64,000 bases of DNA from Chloropicon primus (lineage: Eukaryota). The notes under the pieces are model-generated. The model had not been told where the DNA came from, did no database searches, and saw only the letters and a list, made by a program, of their open reading frames with translations. Location: positions 372,001-436,000 of the forward strand of contig CP060760.1 in the NCBI GenBank assembly GCA_023205875.1. Reading direction: 5' to 3'. A program made the translations under genes and the position numbers. This document shows positions 1-11,714 of the stretch, one piece after another (the first letter of the stretch is position 1; every line of letters begins with the position of its first letter).

Positions 1-3000
1 TCTTCTGCTTCCTCTGCTTCCTCTTCGAAAGTCTTGCGACTGACTCGTTTCGCTTTGCCGCGTCGCTCCTCCCAGCTGCTGCTGGAGTTCGTCAGGGAGA
101 ACTGCTCCTCGAGGGAGAACTGCTCCTCGGGATGGAAGCGAGTGAATCAAGTTCTGAGCGGTCTGGCGAGGAGCACGAGAGCGAGGTCCACGTTTGGCGA
201 GGTCATCGTTCCCATTCTGGTTGCTCTCGCCGCTCTGCAGGGGAATCGGAAGGACGCGGGACTGAAGAAGGTGAGCAGTGGGCCAAGACAACGCTTCTCG
301 CTTGACAGCACCAAAAACTGACGACACACGACGTGCACCGCGCGGTCAACCTCGATGGGAATGAGAAGGAGCGTCGTGCTTTGTGGGAAACATGCTTCCG
401 CTCGGCTGCGTCGTCTGCCGTGCCCAGTATACTGGAGCAAGGACTGCGGTGCGATCCGGAGGCCGTGAATAGCGTGGAGTGTCTCACGCCCGTTCTGATG
501 GTGTGCAGCACGACGAGTCACTTGGGCCAGCAGCTCTTGGCAAACCTCGCTTGCCACGAGGGGCAGCTGCTGCGGGTCACGGAGGTGGTCCTCGAATGCA
601 TCGGGGGCTCCTTGGAGGCGAACCCTCCGGCGAGGGCGATTGCGTTGGAAGTCGTAGCCGCGGCCGCTCACTCTCGAGCCGAGATCCGTTCGCTCGCGGC
701 ACGAGCGTTGCAGAGGCTCTCCCTCGAGGGAAAGCTTGTGAAGATTCTTGAATCTTTGACCGCAAGCGGCAGCCCAGAATTTGACCTCGACGTTCACTTC
801 GGCTTCTTGGACCTGGTTCTAGAGCACGTCCATTTCGCGGACCTGTTCGAGCGAACGATTCCCAACTTGATCGGAACTTGGTTTCACAAGTCAGCGTGCG
901 TTTCCAGGCAAAAGCAAGTCTTGTCCGGCGCGATCCAGCTGTGCCTGAGCCACCCCGAGCCCTTGGAGTTCCATTGCCTCTTCAAGAGGAAGAGCGTGCA
1001 AAGCCTTTTTCAGTCCAGGTGCGCCAAGGGCATCGCGGGCGCGAGGGCCGTGGAACGTATAACAGAGGCAGCCCAAGACATGAGATCCCACGCAGGATGG
1101 CTGAAGGGTTCCATCCTGAACAGCACTGTATTGGGTGTGAAGAACCCTTACGTTCTGCGAGCCCTGAGCTCTCTGGTCATTGCCGCAGGGGCGGCAGAGG
1201 ATTTGTTCCATTTTGTTTCGGAGACCCTGGGAGTGGCCGAAAGCAGCAACGTTATTCTTTGCGAGATCATGCTGCACGCAATCGCCGAGAACGAGGTCAA
1301 TCTGACGCGACGGCTCCGCGAGGAGCTCAACCTGTCCATGAAGCCAAGAGATGACACTTGCTCCGAAAGGCACAAGAAAATTCTTGCACAGATCTCTTTG
1401 GCCGCCTCGATTGCGAACGGAGGTGACGCCACCATAATGGGCGCGAGCGCTATTGAGGAGACTCTCAAGGAGATGTTCGGGAGTCCCGCGAGGCTGCGAA
1501 ACGAGTCAAAGGATTTTGACAGGCTTGTTCACTCCCTGGACAAGCTTTACTGCATCATTCTCTCTGGCTTGGCAAACGAGTGGAAACTTGATTATGATGT
1601 GAAGAAGCTCGCGAGTATCTCCAACTCGGGTCAGAGGGACGAGGCTCTGGACAATCTCTGCGTGGCCCAGGACATCCTGATAAGGGCTTTGAAAATCGAT
1701 CATGACAGCGAAAACCAAGGCAGCTGCACGTCTTTGCACCGTCTTTGCGAGCACGCCAAAGCGATACACAAGCACCACATGCGGGCGAACCAAAGCTATC
1801 AGAAGCAAAAAACGACGGACCTGGACGGCCTGCCGCAGCACTGTTTTCAGGCACTTGCGTCAATATCGTTGGCCCAATGCTCTCGTGCGGACTTGTGGTT
1901 CCCGTCCGTGGCCCAGGCTTTGAAGATGCCGGTGGACGGCAGCGGATTTCATGAGCATAGGAACAGCTCGTACTACGACGGTGATGCCGATTTCAAGTCC
2001 TTCAGCAGCATGTATGAATTCAACTCTGTCATGACGCTGTCGATGCAAGACTTGTTTCAAGTCTTGCGAGCTGCTTCACAGAGCGCGTATTCTTTGCTAC
2101 TGGCAGTTTCGACCCAGACCCCTTCGTCAAGCAGAGAGGGTTTCGTCCAAACGCTCCTGACGGTCACGGATGTTCCCTCCCTCATCGGGTCGTATCCTGC
2201 GCCCTTTATGCCCGAAATCCAAAGTGGCGAAGGCCCCAAAAGTGGTCGTGTGCGCGCTAGTCTGAATGTGGCACTGACGAGCGGCCTCGTGAATGCGTTG
2301 GGAACTGCGCTGTCGGAAGGAAGATTTCTTGCAATGGCGAAGGCCCACGCAGAGAGCGAAAGCAGAAAGCACCTTCTTTTGTCAGGCTCCTACCTGCTGG
2401 AGGTCATGCTGTCGATCTCATGGAGCGCGCACAATCTGCATGGCACGGATGGATTGGAGATGGTTGCTGCCCGGCTCATGAGCAAAGCCCTTACGCCTCA
2501 TGGGGATGCCAACCAGCCCGTCATCCAGCTCCTGATGCACCTCAAGTATGCCCTCAACGACATCTTGGGAGCAAGCCCGTGTCCTTACCAGGTCATCATC
2601 GCGTCTGGGCTCTTGGAGATGTTTATTTTATTCTCAAGAGGGGCGAGCTCAGGGGGATCTTCGCACTCCAACGACATCATCCGCATGAGCTTGGACGTTG
2701 CCTCGAAAGCGGCTCGTCAACAAATTGATTTGTCCCTGGATTGCGACGGAAAGATCTGCTTGGTGGCAGCGAGAAGCTGGCGAGACATAGCCTCGTCCGA
2801 GGTTCGCTGCCATCAGATGGACAAGATTGGGCCGGGCTGGCGAAGCATGAAAGCGGGGGGCAAGGTAGAAGCGAGAGTGAAGCGACTTATGAACGAAATA
2901 TCTGCGCACTTTCAAATTACTGCGTTGCAGGAGATGATGCATTCCAAGAATTTCTCAGAAGAGACCCGCGTCGTGACGCAGGCCCTGGAGATGTTTGAGG

Positions 3001-3860
3001 AAAGGAAAAGGAAGTGCGAGCCATGGGAGTGGAGCCCTGACCTTTCGCTTGACGGCATATGCCAGTACATTCACAAGCGAGCTCTCGTCCTGGTAAGGTC
3101 TGTGGACAATATCGAGCTCCTTTGCTGGTACTGCGGCGTGCTTGGGCAAATCATGAAGGCGAGGTGTGCCGCTGGCTCGTACACGGAATCCCAGCCGATC
3201 CGGTTTCCCCTCCACGCCTTCCCTTTCACGGTGGGAGAGACCGAGAGCGGGGGTGGGTTACACTTGTCGAGGTGCGAGGAAGTCCTTCCCCTGAGCTTGA
3301 CCATCGAATCAGTCTTGTCGACGCTGAGTTTTCTGGCGGGGGCAAGCATCAAGTACAAGGATAGCTCGTGGAGAGTACTTGCCTCCGCGGGAGAAGCCGG
3401 GATAGAGGTTGCCCGCTTCGTTCAGAACCTTTGCAAGGAAGCGGACTACATCTTCTCCACGGCCTCCAGCCCGGTCACTGTCGGCGACGCGCTGAGTGGG
3501 CTCAGGAAGTGCCACGTGGTTATCGAAAAGAGGCTGAAGAGGTGGGAGGCGAACGGAGATGGGGTGCCGTTCGATGGCCCTTCCCCTGCTTTGAGGACAA
3601 ACCTGCTTGAGGTCGCAAGTCAGATCAAACATTTGATCTGCAACATGAAGCCCCTTTCCCGGTCCAAGGCAGATGAGATGAGAAATAATGTGAGGAACGA
3701 AAGTGTCATCTTGAGAAGCGACGACGCCGAGGAGGAGGACGTCGACTTTGATTTGGAGCCCTCCGATTCCTCTGACGGGGAGGAAGCCTTGGGAAGGGGC
3801 GACGAGGAGGAGGAGAGCTCCAGCGAGGATGAATTCATGTGCTTCACGGCCAGAAAGTAA
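1..3860 (+). CDS. Large alpha-helical protein of unknown function (>1175 aa, acidic C-tail); 5' part probably extends upstream via a short intron 271-308
   Basis: Uninterrupted ORF 333-3860. AAG|GTGAGC donor at 271 and TTGACAG acceptor at 308 join the upstream frame (34-270) in phase. TGTAA poly(A)-type signal at 3961. Confidence 0.7.
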
Positions 3861-3966
3861 CGCGTCGGCAAGGAGGGGGAGAGTTACTATAGAGTTACCA
3901 TATCATAATGATGTACAAAAATAACAGCACACGCGTATAACTAAACATAAATAAAAGAATTGTAAT

Positions 3967-5388
3967 TCAGAATCCCACCGGAACACCTGGCTCCGTGGAT
4001 TCAGGCGTTGAAACGAGGGCCATCGCCTTGTACACTTCCCCCATACCCTCGTCGGCGGACCCTCCCACCAATCGGGTGTACCCCTGCACGAGTTCCTGCG
4101 CTTGTTTCTCTGAAATCCCAGGGCTTTCGAGAAGAGCTTGGACGCGATGTCCGATCCCACAGCTGAGAAGAAATTGGGCCTGGGTGACCGCACCGAACAC
4201 CTTCGGGGCCTTCTCGCCCCACTGGTAGTTCTCCACGGCCCACTTGAGGGCACCAAAATCGACGTCCGCGGTGATGTCGGCCCCGCTCGCCAGCAAGTCA
4301 TCCAGGACCTTGTGATCCCGGATCGCCCTGCAAGTGAAGCGCCCGGGGAGTTCCTCGTAGCCGTAATCCATGAAGAGCGCTGCTCCTCCGCCTTTGCTTG
4401 AGACCAGACGCTCGCCAAGATCAAGCGCGTGCTCGATCGCCGAGGCGCTCACTTCCACTTCCCGGATCTCCGCCCTCGTGGCGTCGCCAAGCGTGTCGAG
4501 CTTTGGCTTCAGTAGCATCTTCATCGCAGGAGTTTCTCCCGGTGAAAGCATGTTCACGAATTGCGGCTCCGGCGGCTTTGCGTTGGGGTCCAAGCTGACG
4601 GGCTGGGCATCCTCCAGATTGACCAGGAGCTCGGTCCACCCGGCCCCCTTCTTCACGAACATGTGCACGGGCAAAGCGTCCAGGAACTCGTGCGCTATGT
4701 AGATGGTTGGGGTGTTGTCCCTCGGTACGTCCGACAGGGCGGAGTGCCACTCCAAGTTGAGGCCCTTCCCATCCTTCTGAAACTTCGACAGCTTGTCAGC
4801 CTGCGCCTCGCGGAATGCCGGGGATATCTCCACCAGAGACACCCCGGCCTTTTCCCCGTTGTACAGGGCGCTCTGGAAGGAATGGAAGATCGGCGACGGC
4901 GACCCCGTCGACCGCAGCAGGTCAGCCATCAGGGTCCCTTTCCCCGGCCCAAGCTCCACAAGCCTCAGCGTGTCCGGAGAGCCCAGCTGCTGCCACACAG
5001 TGAGGCACCACACGCCAACCATCTCCCCAAACAGTTGGCTTATCTCTGGACTCGTCACGAAGTCTCCCCTGGCGCCTATGACGGGAGCCCTCTCCCCCTC
5101 CTTGCCGACGTACTTGTCCCCGTAGTAGCCACCCACCGGACTCCCCAGCGAAGTCTTCATGTACTCGGCGAACGTGATGGGACCTCCTCGGAACTTGATG
5201 AGACCCTCCACGTGGCGACGCACCTCCGCCTGCGTCCCCAACTCCGACGACGACGTTGATGTTGTGGACGATGCGGAAGATGATGTGGATGAGAATGCTC
5301 TGTCCAGTCCAAGGGAGGCCGTCCGCACGAGTCGCGGTGAGGCCAAGGCGGCCCGACCCAACGACGACAAGGTCCTCGCGAGTGCCAT
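3967..5388 (-). CDS. NDUFAF7: Mitochondrial protein arginine methyltransferase NDUFAF7/MidA
   Basis: GGPITFAEYM, GGYY, GDFVTSPEISQLFGEMVG, LVELGPGKGTLMADLLR, IAHEFLDALP, ADITADVDF motifs; Ser/Arg-rich presequence from ATG 5388. Confidence 0.93.
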   Translation of the reverse strand: MALARTLSSLGRAALASPRLVRTASLGLDRAFSSTSSSASSTTSTSSSELGTQAEVRRHVEGLIKFRGGPITFAEYMKTSLGSPVGGYYGDKYVGKEGERAPVIGARGDFVTSPEISQLFGEMVGVWCLTVWQQLGSPDTLRLVELGPGKGTLMADLLRSTGSPSPIFHSFQSALYNGEKAGVSLVEISPAFREAQADKLSKFQKDGKGLNLEWHSALSDVPRDNTPTIYIAHEFLDALPVHMFVKKGAGWTELLVNLEDAQPVSLDPNAKPPEPQFVNMLSPGETPAMKMLLKPKLDTLGDATRAEIREVEVSASAIEHALDLGERLVSSKGGGAALFMDYGYEELPGRFTCRAIRDHKVLDDLLASGADITADVDFGALKWAVENYQWGEKAPKVFGAVTQAQFLLSCGIGHRVQALLESPGISEKQAQELVQGYTRLVGGSADEGMGEVYKAMALVSTPESTEPGVPVGF

Positions 5389-5870
5389 CGTCGATCTGTC
5401 GGAGCCTTCAGAGTTTTTGTCAGTGTCTCGTAGTCTCAAAGTCATGATGAACAACAACAATAATGGAATGTCGGAGGGATAAAGTAGCGCTAAAAAAGAC
5501 ATGATGGAAGTCTACCACGCGTCGCACCCGGCCCAAATGTTGGCATGCTCAAGGGGCGGGGCTAAACTAAGAAACAAGCCCAACCAGATACTGCAGCCGT
5601 CTCGAGATCCACTCAACACTCACACTGTTACTTCTCTCTTGACTCTCGACTCACCTCGCCTCGCCCTGAGGCGCCGCCAGCTTGAGGATGATTCTGGCAT
5701 CGGGGAGGAGAGGGAGGAGACATCGGTAGGGCAATGAGGAGGTGGTGGTCGGTTGGAAACAATGTTGCTCGGTGGTACACAAACACAATGTTTTTATTTC
5801 ACAAAAGTAATTCTACAAAGGCTAATGTTATTCTTGTTGTTGTTGTTGATGATGATGATGATGATGAAGG

Positions 5871-6339
5871 TCACCTTCCGCGGCCGGAGCTCGAGACCAT
5901 GTCCCTTACAAGGCTCACGAGCTCCTCGTCTCCGCACAAGTCCTCGACGTTCACATGAGACCGGAAGGACCAGTAATGCTTGCTGTTGGTCGGATCGTTG
6001 ATTCTCTCCTCGGATGCCTCCACCGTGTTGTACTTGCCGGACAGGCAACAGGCAAGCCAGTCCTGCAGCGGAGCGATCATCAGGCAGGCTCCACTCGCCA
6101 GGTGAGCGTCCAAAATTGCTTTGACCACAAAAGGTTTGCACTCTGGGGGAGGTGGATCCGATTCCCCGTCCTTTGAGAGGTCCCTCGACCACAGCCTCTT
6201 GGCCCTCTCGTAGTCCTCCTCCCACCACGCGCGGACGGTGGGGACGTCGTGGCACGACGGCGAAGCGACCTGAGGCAACAAGAAAGAGGAGGTGAAGTTA
6301 GTTGTGTTGGTCCGAAACGTAAGGGGCACGGCGAGTCTT

Positions 6340-6370
<31 letters not shown>

Positions 6371-9300
6371 GCGCGAAGGCCAATGCTCAGAGAGATTCCC
6401 ACAAGGTTTTCATCAGATTGGAATCAGATGTCACTATCTAATTTGTTTTCTGTCATCACAGCATTTTTTTGGCCGCCCTCTTCTTCACACACACACACAC
6501 ACACACAACGCGCCGCAAGCAAAACAAAAATCGTTAACGAATCTTCGAGCTACTCACCACTTGGTAGGGATAATTTGAGAGGTCCCCGAACTCCCCTTCC
6601 TGGGACGAGTCAGAAGGCATTCTTTGAATTCTCAGGCCCAGTATGCCAAGATCTTTCATGACGCTCGGAACGCAAGGGGGGATAAGGCCCAAGTCCTCGC
6701 CACAGACCAGCATGCCGTTGCTCCCCTCCACGAGCTTTGGCAGGATATCTGCAGCGTTCTTCTTCCATAGATCATTCTGCCTCCTGAAAAAGTACTCCTC
6801 ATGGAACTCCGAGATGGCCTCTTTCACCCAGGGCTCCAAGGCCTTGAAGCTGTGGGTCTCGAGGCAGCCAAAGCGCGGATGGAACTTGTCCTCGCAGTTC
6901 ACGTCTCTGAGAAGGACGACGTTCTGCAGGATTTGCCTCAGCCCCTTTTGCACCTTCTCCACCGTCGTCTGCATGTCCACTGCGTTTGCTTGGGCGTCTG
7001 AGCTCAAGAAGGCCAAAAAATTCTCGCCCCACTTCGCATTGTCCATCCAGAAGGTGACGTTGGATTCCCTAAAAGACTCCTTGAACTCGTAGTAATGGTG
7101 TCTCTTGAACAAGAAAAAGTCCACAACGGGAGCAGAAAGGGTGCCGAAAACTTCTTCGACAAGCTCTGCGGTGATGTAGGGCTTGCACAACCGATCGATG
7201 TCCCATATACCCTTCGAGTCCAGCTCGGACCTTGATATCGCGTTCGCGGGCTGGAAACACCCCAGCAGCCCCGGCAAAAGGGTGTTGTCGTTGATCGCCT
7301 CCTCGTCGTTGCTCGAGGGCACTTCCCATATCCTGAAGAATCCCAAGATGTGGTCAATTCTGTAAGCATGAAAGTACTTGGCCATGTGACTCAGCCTCTG
7401 CTTCCACCACGAGAAGCTGTCGTTCCTCATCTCGTCCCAGTTGTACGTCGGAAACCCCCAGTTTTGACCTTCCATGGAATAGTAGTCCGGCGGCGCCCCT
7501 GCGCACACCTCCATTCGAAAGCAACGCCGCTTCACCCAGCACTCCACGCTGTTCTTGTCCACCCCTATGGGCAGGTCTCCCTTCAGCGCGATGCCACGCT
7601 CCTCGGCATACCCCACGACGCTCAGAAACTGCCGGCTCAAGTGAAACTGCAGAAAGCAAGAGTAGGCAATCAATTCCCTGAACGGGACCAAGAAATCCAG
7701 TTCGGCCTTGTTGCCGACCTTGGGGTTGAACAGCTCCAGAAGGTCCCTGGAAAGATTGCCAAAGTCTGACTCGGGATCCAGGTCGCGGGAAGCATCTTGC
7801 ACGCTGGTCACCATTCTCTTCACCAACGCGTACGAGGCGTTCTTCATTGAGCCCCAACTCGAATGATCGGAGTGGCCAAACACCTTCTTGAGAGCGCAGA
7901 AAGTTGCATAGGGCGCGAGCCAAAACGCGTTCGCATCCAGAAACTCCACAAAGCTGGGGTCCGCGTAGCAGTCGTCCTTTTGCAGGAAGAACAATTTCTT
8001 GCAGATTTCTTGTTTGGCCTTCACGGTGCCCTCGTAGTCCATCGACGGAAGGTCCAAGGCCTCCCTGCAAGCTTGTATTTCGTTTCCGATCCCTCTCAGT
8101 TTCGAGTCCCCCGGGGCAGCCGCCTTGCTGCCGCTTCCCGCCACCTGGGAGAGGTTGATGTACATCGGGTGCAACGCGAAGGCTGACAGGGAGCTGTAAG
8201 GATACGAATCCATCCAGTTGTCGTTCACGCTCGTGTCGTTCACCGGGAGCAGTTGAATGATGGACATCTGCGACGCGGAACAGAAATCGATCAGATGGCG
8301 GAGGTCGCTGAACTCGCCGCAGCCCACGGAGGCTTTCGACCTCAGCGAGAATACAGGCACGGCGATTCCAGCGCCTTTCCAGTGCTGATCGTGCCTAAAG
8401 TGCCCGTCGTCGTGCACGGTGAACAACTTTCCCGAGTCCGCATTTTGCTTCATCTCACCACCAGCCAGACGGCGGCACTTCCCGCGCTCTAGCAGCCCCT
8501 TGCCGTCCTCCCCCTTGACAAGGTACTTGTACGAGCCCCCAATCTGGTCCACTGGCATGCGGACGTCGACTCTCCAAGTGCCGTAGGGATCGTCGCGCGC
8601 CCCGAGCTCCAAGGTCATCTCCAAAGCCTTGCTCTCCTCCCACTGGCCCAGCTCCCGTGAGCCCCCCAGAAGGAAGACGCTCTGGCCCTTGTTGAGCTGC
8701 CAGTTCCTCACCCGAAAGGAAACGAGGTTCTTCACTTCCCCCGCAGCGGCAGCCTCGACCTTTGCGGGCCTCGACCCCGCCGCGGTCCACCTGGCCCGCA
8801 GCCCGCGCAGGGCGTCCCTAAAGACCACGCTCGTGAATATGGCCGACCTCAGGACGCAGGGCTCTCCGCTCGGATCTTGCCAAGTATCACAGACGCACAC
8901 GACGGAACCGTCCTTGAGGCTGAGCGGGATATCAAACGTCCTCCTCACCCAGGAGGGCTCCCCTCTCAGCCGCTCCAAGCAGTGATTGACGACAACGTAC
9001 CGGTACGGACCCACGGTGTAGTGCGACGAGCACGAACACGCTTCTTCCGCCGGTATGCTTATCCTCGCCTTCCACACGAGGTCGTGCCCCGATGCCGGTG
9101 CCGATGCCTCGGCGGAGGAGGAGGAAGGAGGAGGAGGAGAAGCGTCCTCGAGCAAAGACTTCTCCTCCTTGCAACCCATCCAGAGGCCGGACTTGGGCTC
9201 GAACTCGCCCAGGACGTCATTCTCACCGATCAGGACGAGGTTCTCGCCCCTTGGAGGAACATAAAGATGAACATGAACATGAAGACGAGAGGGCGTCAGT

Positions 9301-9471
9301 TGGTTTGGTTTCGTCGCAGGGAACGGGGGAAGGGGTGGACGAGGGGCTGGTGCGGACTTACCATTGGGTGTCGCACGCGACGCGGAAGTGGACGTGAAAC
9401 CATCTGCACGAGCTGGTCCTCTTCCTCGGAACGGAGTCGGCGCCGCCCGAGGAGGGAGCGCCGCCATGCAT
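5871..9471 (-). CDS. DPE2: 4-alpha-glucanotransferase DPE2 (two CBM20 + GH77); exons 9471-9362, 9249-6558, 6269-5871
   Basis: Splicing 9361-9250 restores the CBM20 motif FRVACDTQWGENLVLIG. GH77 motifs GAGIAVPVFSLRS, QLLPVNDT, LKGDLPIGV, YRIDHILGFFRIW, GEDLGLIP, SCHD, RINDP..HYW. Confidence 0.93.
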
Positions 9472-9738
9472 CGGGAGCCGAGGGAAGAAGAATATATTTG
9501 GTTATGGCGACGAGGAAAGTGGGAGTCCACCAGCGGGGAGGGGTAACGGATGGAGATGATGAGGGATGGCGGTGGTGGTGGATGGATGGATGGATGCGTT
9601 GGCAAGGGAGAGGTGGGAGGACGAGCTCGTGAGTTCTTCCTCGTGAGCTCTTTCCGAGGACAAGGATCGATCGTCAAGGAAGTGAAATTTTGTTACACGC
9701 TTTGCTTGTGTTCGCAGAAAATTCGCCGGGGGCAGGGC

Positions 9739-11133
9739 CTAGCCTGAGGCCGAACGATACGCATCGCTCGAGGAGGACGAGATCCCGCCGTAAAAGTCGC
9801 CCGCAGTCGTGGTTCCCCTGTCAAAGTAAGCCGAGTTGCCCGTGTAGAAGGAGGCAGAGAGTTCGCCGGAGTTCCCCTCGAGGCCGTACGACACGTCGTG
9901 GACATTGCTCGCCTCGTAGAAGCCGGAGTAGACCGGCCCCCCGGCGAAGACATCGATCGCGGCCACTGTGCTCGCGCCGATGTCCAGAGAGGCCCCGTAG
10001 CCGGTGACCACGGGCACCACGTCCACGTCCGCGGACCCGTCCGCCTCGGCGAACGCGACGCCCTCGCCCGCGGATTGGGCGTAGGTGAAGGTGCCCTTGT
10101 CGCTGCTGATGCCAAAGGTCTCCCCGCCCCCGGTGGACGCCGTCCCCGTGGCGACGACGCCGACGAAGGACGCTGCTCCGGCAGCTCCGCCGTCCAGTGC
10201 GCCGTCGTAGACGCCGTACCCGGCCGACAGGCCGTACGCGAGGCCGGCCGACCCCGCCTCCCCCTCGAGAGTGATGTCGCCCTCCTCGCCCCGGTCCGCG
10301 CCCCCCGTCGCGGAGCCGCCTCCCCTCGCACGGCCCAGGCTCAGGGAGAAGCCCCCGGCCAGCTTGTGGTCCTCGTCCACGATCAAATCGCTCTGGACGA
10401 CGTCCAAGTTGCCCTCCTCCCGGCGCACGAGGTCCTCCTCCTGCCCGAGCGAGGGCCCGAGGAAGGCCAAGCCGTCGTCCACGCTCACGACGGCGTCCGA
10501 TCCGATGGCCATGGCGTTCTCGCCCACCGCGAGCGCGAACCCGTCGCTGGCGTCCCCGTCCCCGATGGCCACGGCGAGGGCGTTCGCCCCCTCCGCCACC
10601 GCGATGCCTCCGCTGCCGCAGTTGAGGTCGGAGGACCCGTGCGCGCAGGCCCCGTTCGCGAAGGCCTCCGACGCGCCCTCGACACCGGGCAAGCCCAAGG
10701 CGGCGGGATCCAACGCGATGGCGACCCCTCCCGCGCCGCCCTTGCCGTCCCCAGACAGGATGGCCTGAGCGATGGCCGCGTCAAAGCCCTGGAGGACGGT
10801 CGCCTGGAGGTCCAAGTTGTACGCGTTCTGCCACTCCGCGTCGTCGAGGAGGTCGTCAGACATCCTCCTGAACCGGTCCCTCCTCTCCTCCTCCTCGATC
10901 CTGGCCGCGGACTTGCCCCCCTGGCCACCGCGGGCGGAGGCGAACCCATTCGTCGCGACGGCCGTCCCTCCTGCGCCTCCTGCCCCGCCCGAGCCAGCAC
11001 TCCCGGACGAGAGAAGGCCGCGACGCGTCGTCGTCGCGCTGTGGACTTGGGGGGTTGCCGCCGCAAGGAGGAGGAGGAGGAGCGGAACCACCGCTGCCGC
11101 AAACGTCGTCGTCATCTTTGTCGTCGTCGCCAT
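9739..11133 (-). CDS. Secreted Gly/Ala-rich protein, short paralogue of the 13121-17659 gene
   Basis: Hydrophobic signal peptide (VVPLLLLLLAAA); strong GC3 bias; shares ASARGGQGGKSAARIEEEExRDRFRR and ACAxGSxxLNCGSGGIAVA with the neighbouring gene. Confidence 0.8.
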   Translation of the reverse strand: MATTTKMTTTFAAAVVPLLLLLLAAATPQVHSATTTRRGLLSSGSAGSGGAGGAGGTAVATNGFASARGGQGGKSAARIEEEERRDRFRRMSDDLLDDAEWQNAYNLDLQATVLQGFDAAIAQAILSGDGKGGAGGVAIALDPAALGLPGVEGASEAFANGACAHGSSDLNCGSGGIAVAEGANALAVAIGDGDASDGFALAVGENAMAIGSDAVVSVDDGLAFLGPSLGQEEDLVRREEGNLDVVQSDLIVDEDHKLAGGFSLSLGRARGGGSATGGADRGEEGDITLEGEAGSAGLAYGLSAGYGVYDGALDGGAAGAASFVGVVATGTASTGGGETFGISSDKGTFTYAQSAGEGVAFAEADGSADVDVVPVVTGYGASLDIGASTVAAIDVFAGGPVYSGFYEASNVHDVSYGLEGNSGELSASFYTGNSAYFDRGTTTAGDFYGGISSSSSDAYRSASG

Positions 11134-11430
11134 CGTCGCCACGTCGGTCGCGATGGGCGATGGGCAAGCGTTACTGGCGTTACTATGCGCTCGACCTCGA
11201 TCGCTGTGGTTTGGCTCAGAATTTCCCTGATTCTCCCCTTGCTCGCGACGCGATTTGCGAGCCGAGGGGTCATCGTCGTCGGACAACCGCGCCGGACATC
11301 ATCATAACGGGCGAGCACGAGGGCGAACGAGGACGAGAAAAGAAAGAGAGAGAGAGAGAGAAACGAAGAGGACGGGAGCGCGCGGCGGAGAAAGAGGGAG
11401 AGACTGGGGTCAGATCAGACAGAAGCGTGT

Positions 11431-11490
11431 CCTCTTGCTCTTTCGAACGAGCCGTCGCTCGAAAGAAACAACCCAGTGGTGAGGATCTGA
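11431..11490 (+). promoter_or_regulatory. Recurrent 60-nt upstream element, copy A
   Basis: CCTCTTGCTCTTTCGAACGAGCCGTCGCTCGAAAGAAACAACCCAGTGGTGAGGATCTGA; 49/60 ungapped identity to each of copies C and G. Function inferred from position only. Confidence 0.6.
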
Positions 11491-11624
11491 CGACGACACG
11501 AAACGGGAGAGAAAAGAAACGAAAGGACGATCGAGGCGTAGATCACCGAGGAGGGGAGGCTGCGACCAGGAGTTACGTTGGTGCGGGAGGTTTCACGAGA
11601 GTGATATGCGAACGGAACCAGCGT

Positions 11625-11688
11625 CCCTTGCTCTTTCGAACGAGCCCTCGCACGCGAAGGAAAGGACCCGGTGGTGAGGAGCATCTGA
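11625..11688 (+). promoter_or_regulatory. Recurrent upstream element, copy B
   Basis: CCCTTGCTCTTTCGAACGAGCCCTCGCACGCGAAGGAAAGGACCCGGTGGTGAGGAGCATCTGA, ending 26 nt before ATG 11715. Confidence 0.6.
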
Positions 11689-11714
11689 AGAGGACACGGA
11701 CACACGGCGTGAAG

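Noticed and set aside
11431..11490. 60-nt element as a C/D-box snoRNA
   Set aside because: The TGAGGA and CTGA-like motifs are adjacent rather than terminal, and CTGA is not conserved among copies
11055..11714. 220-aa N-terminal extension of the ankyrin ORF
   Set aside because: Non-ATG start, overlaps the opposite gene, and crosses (GA)n and the upstream elements
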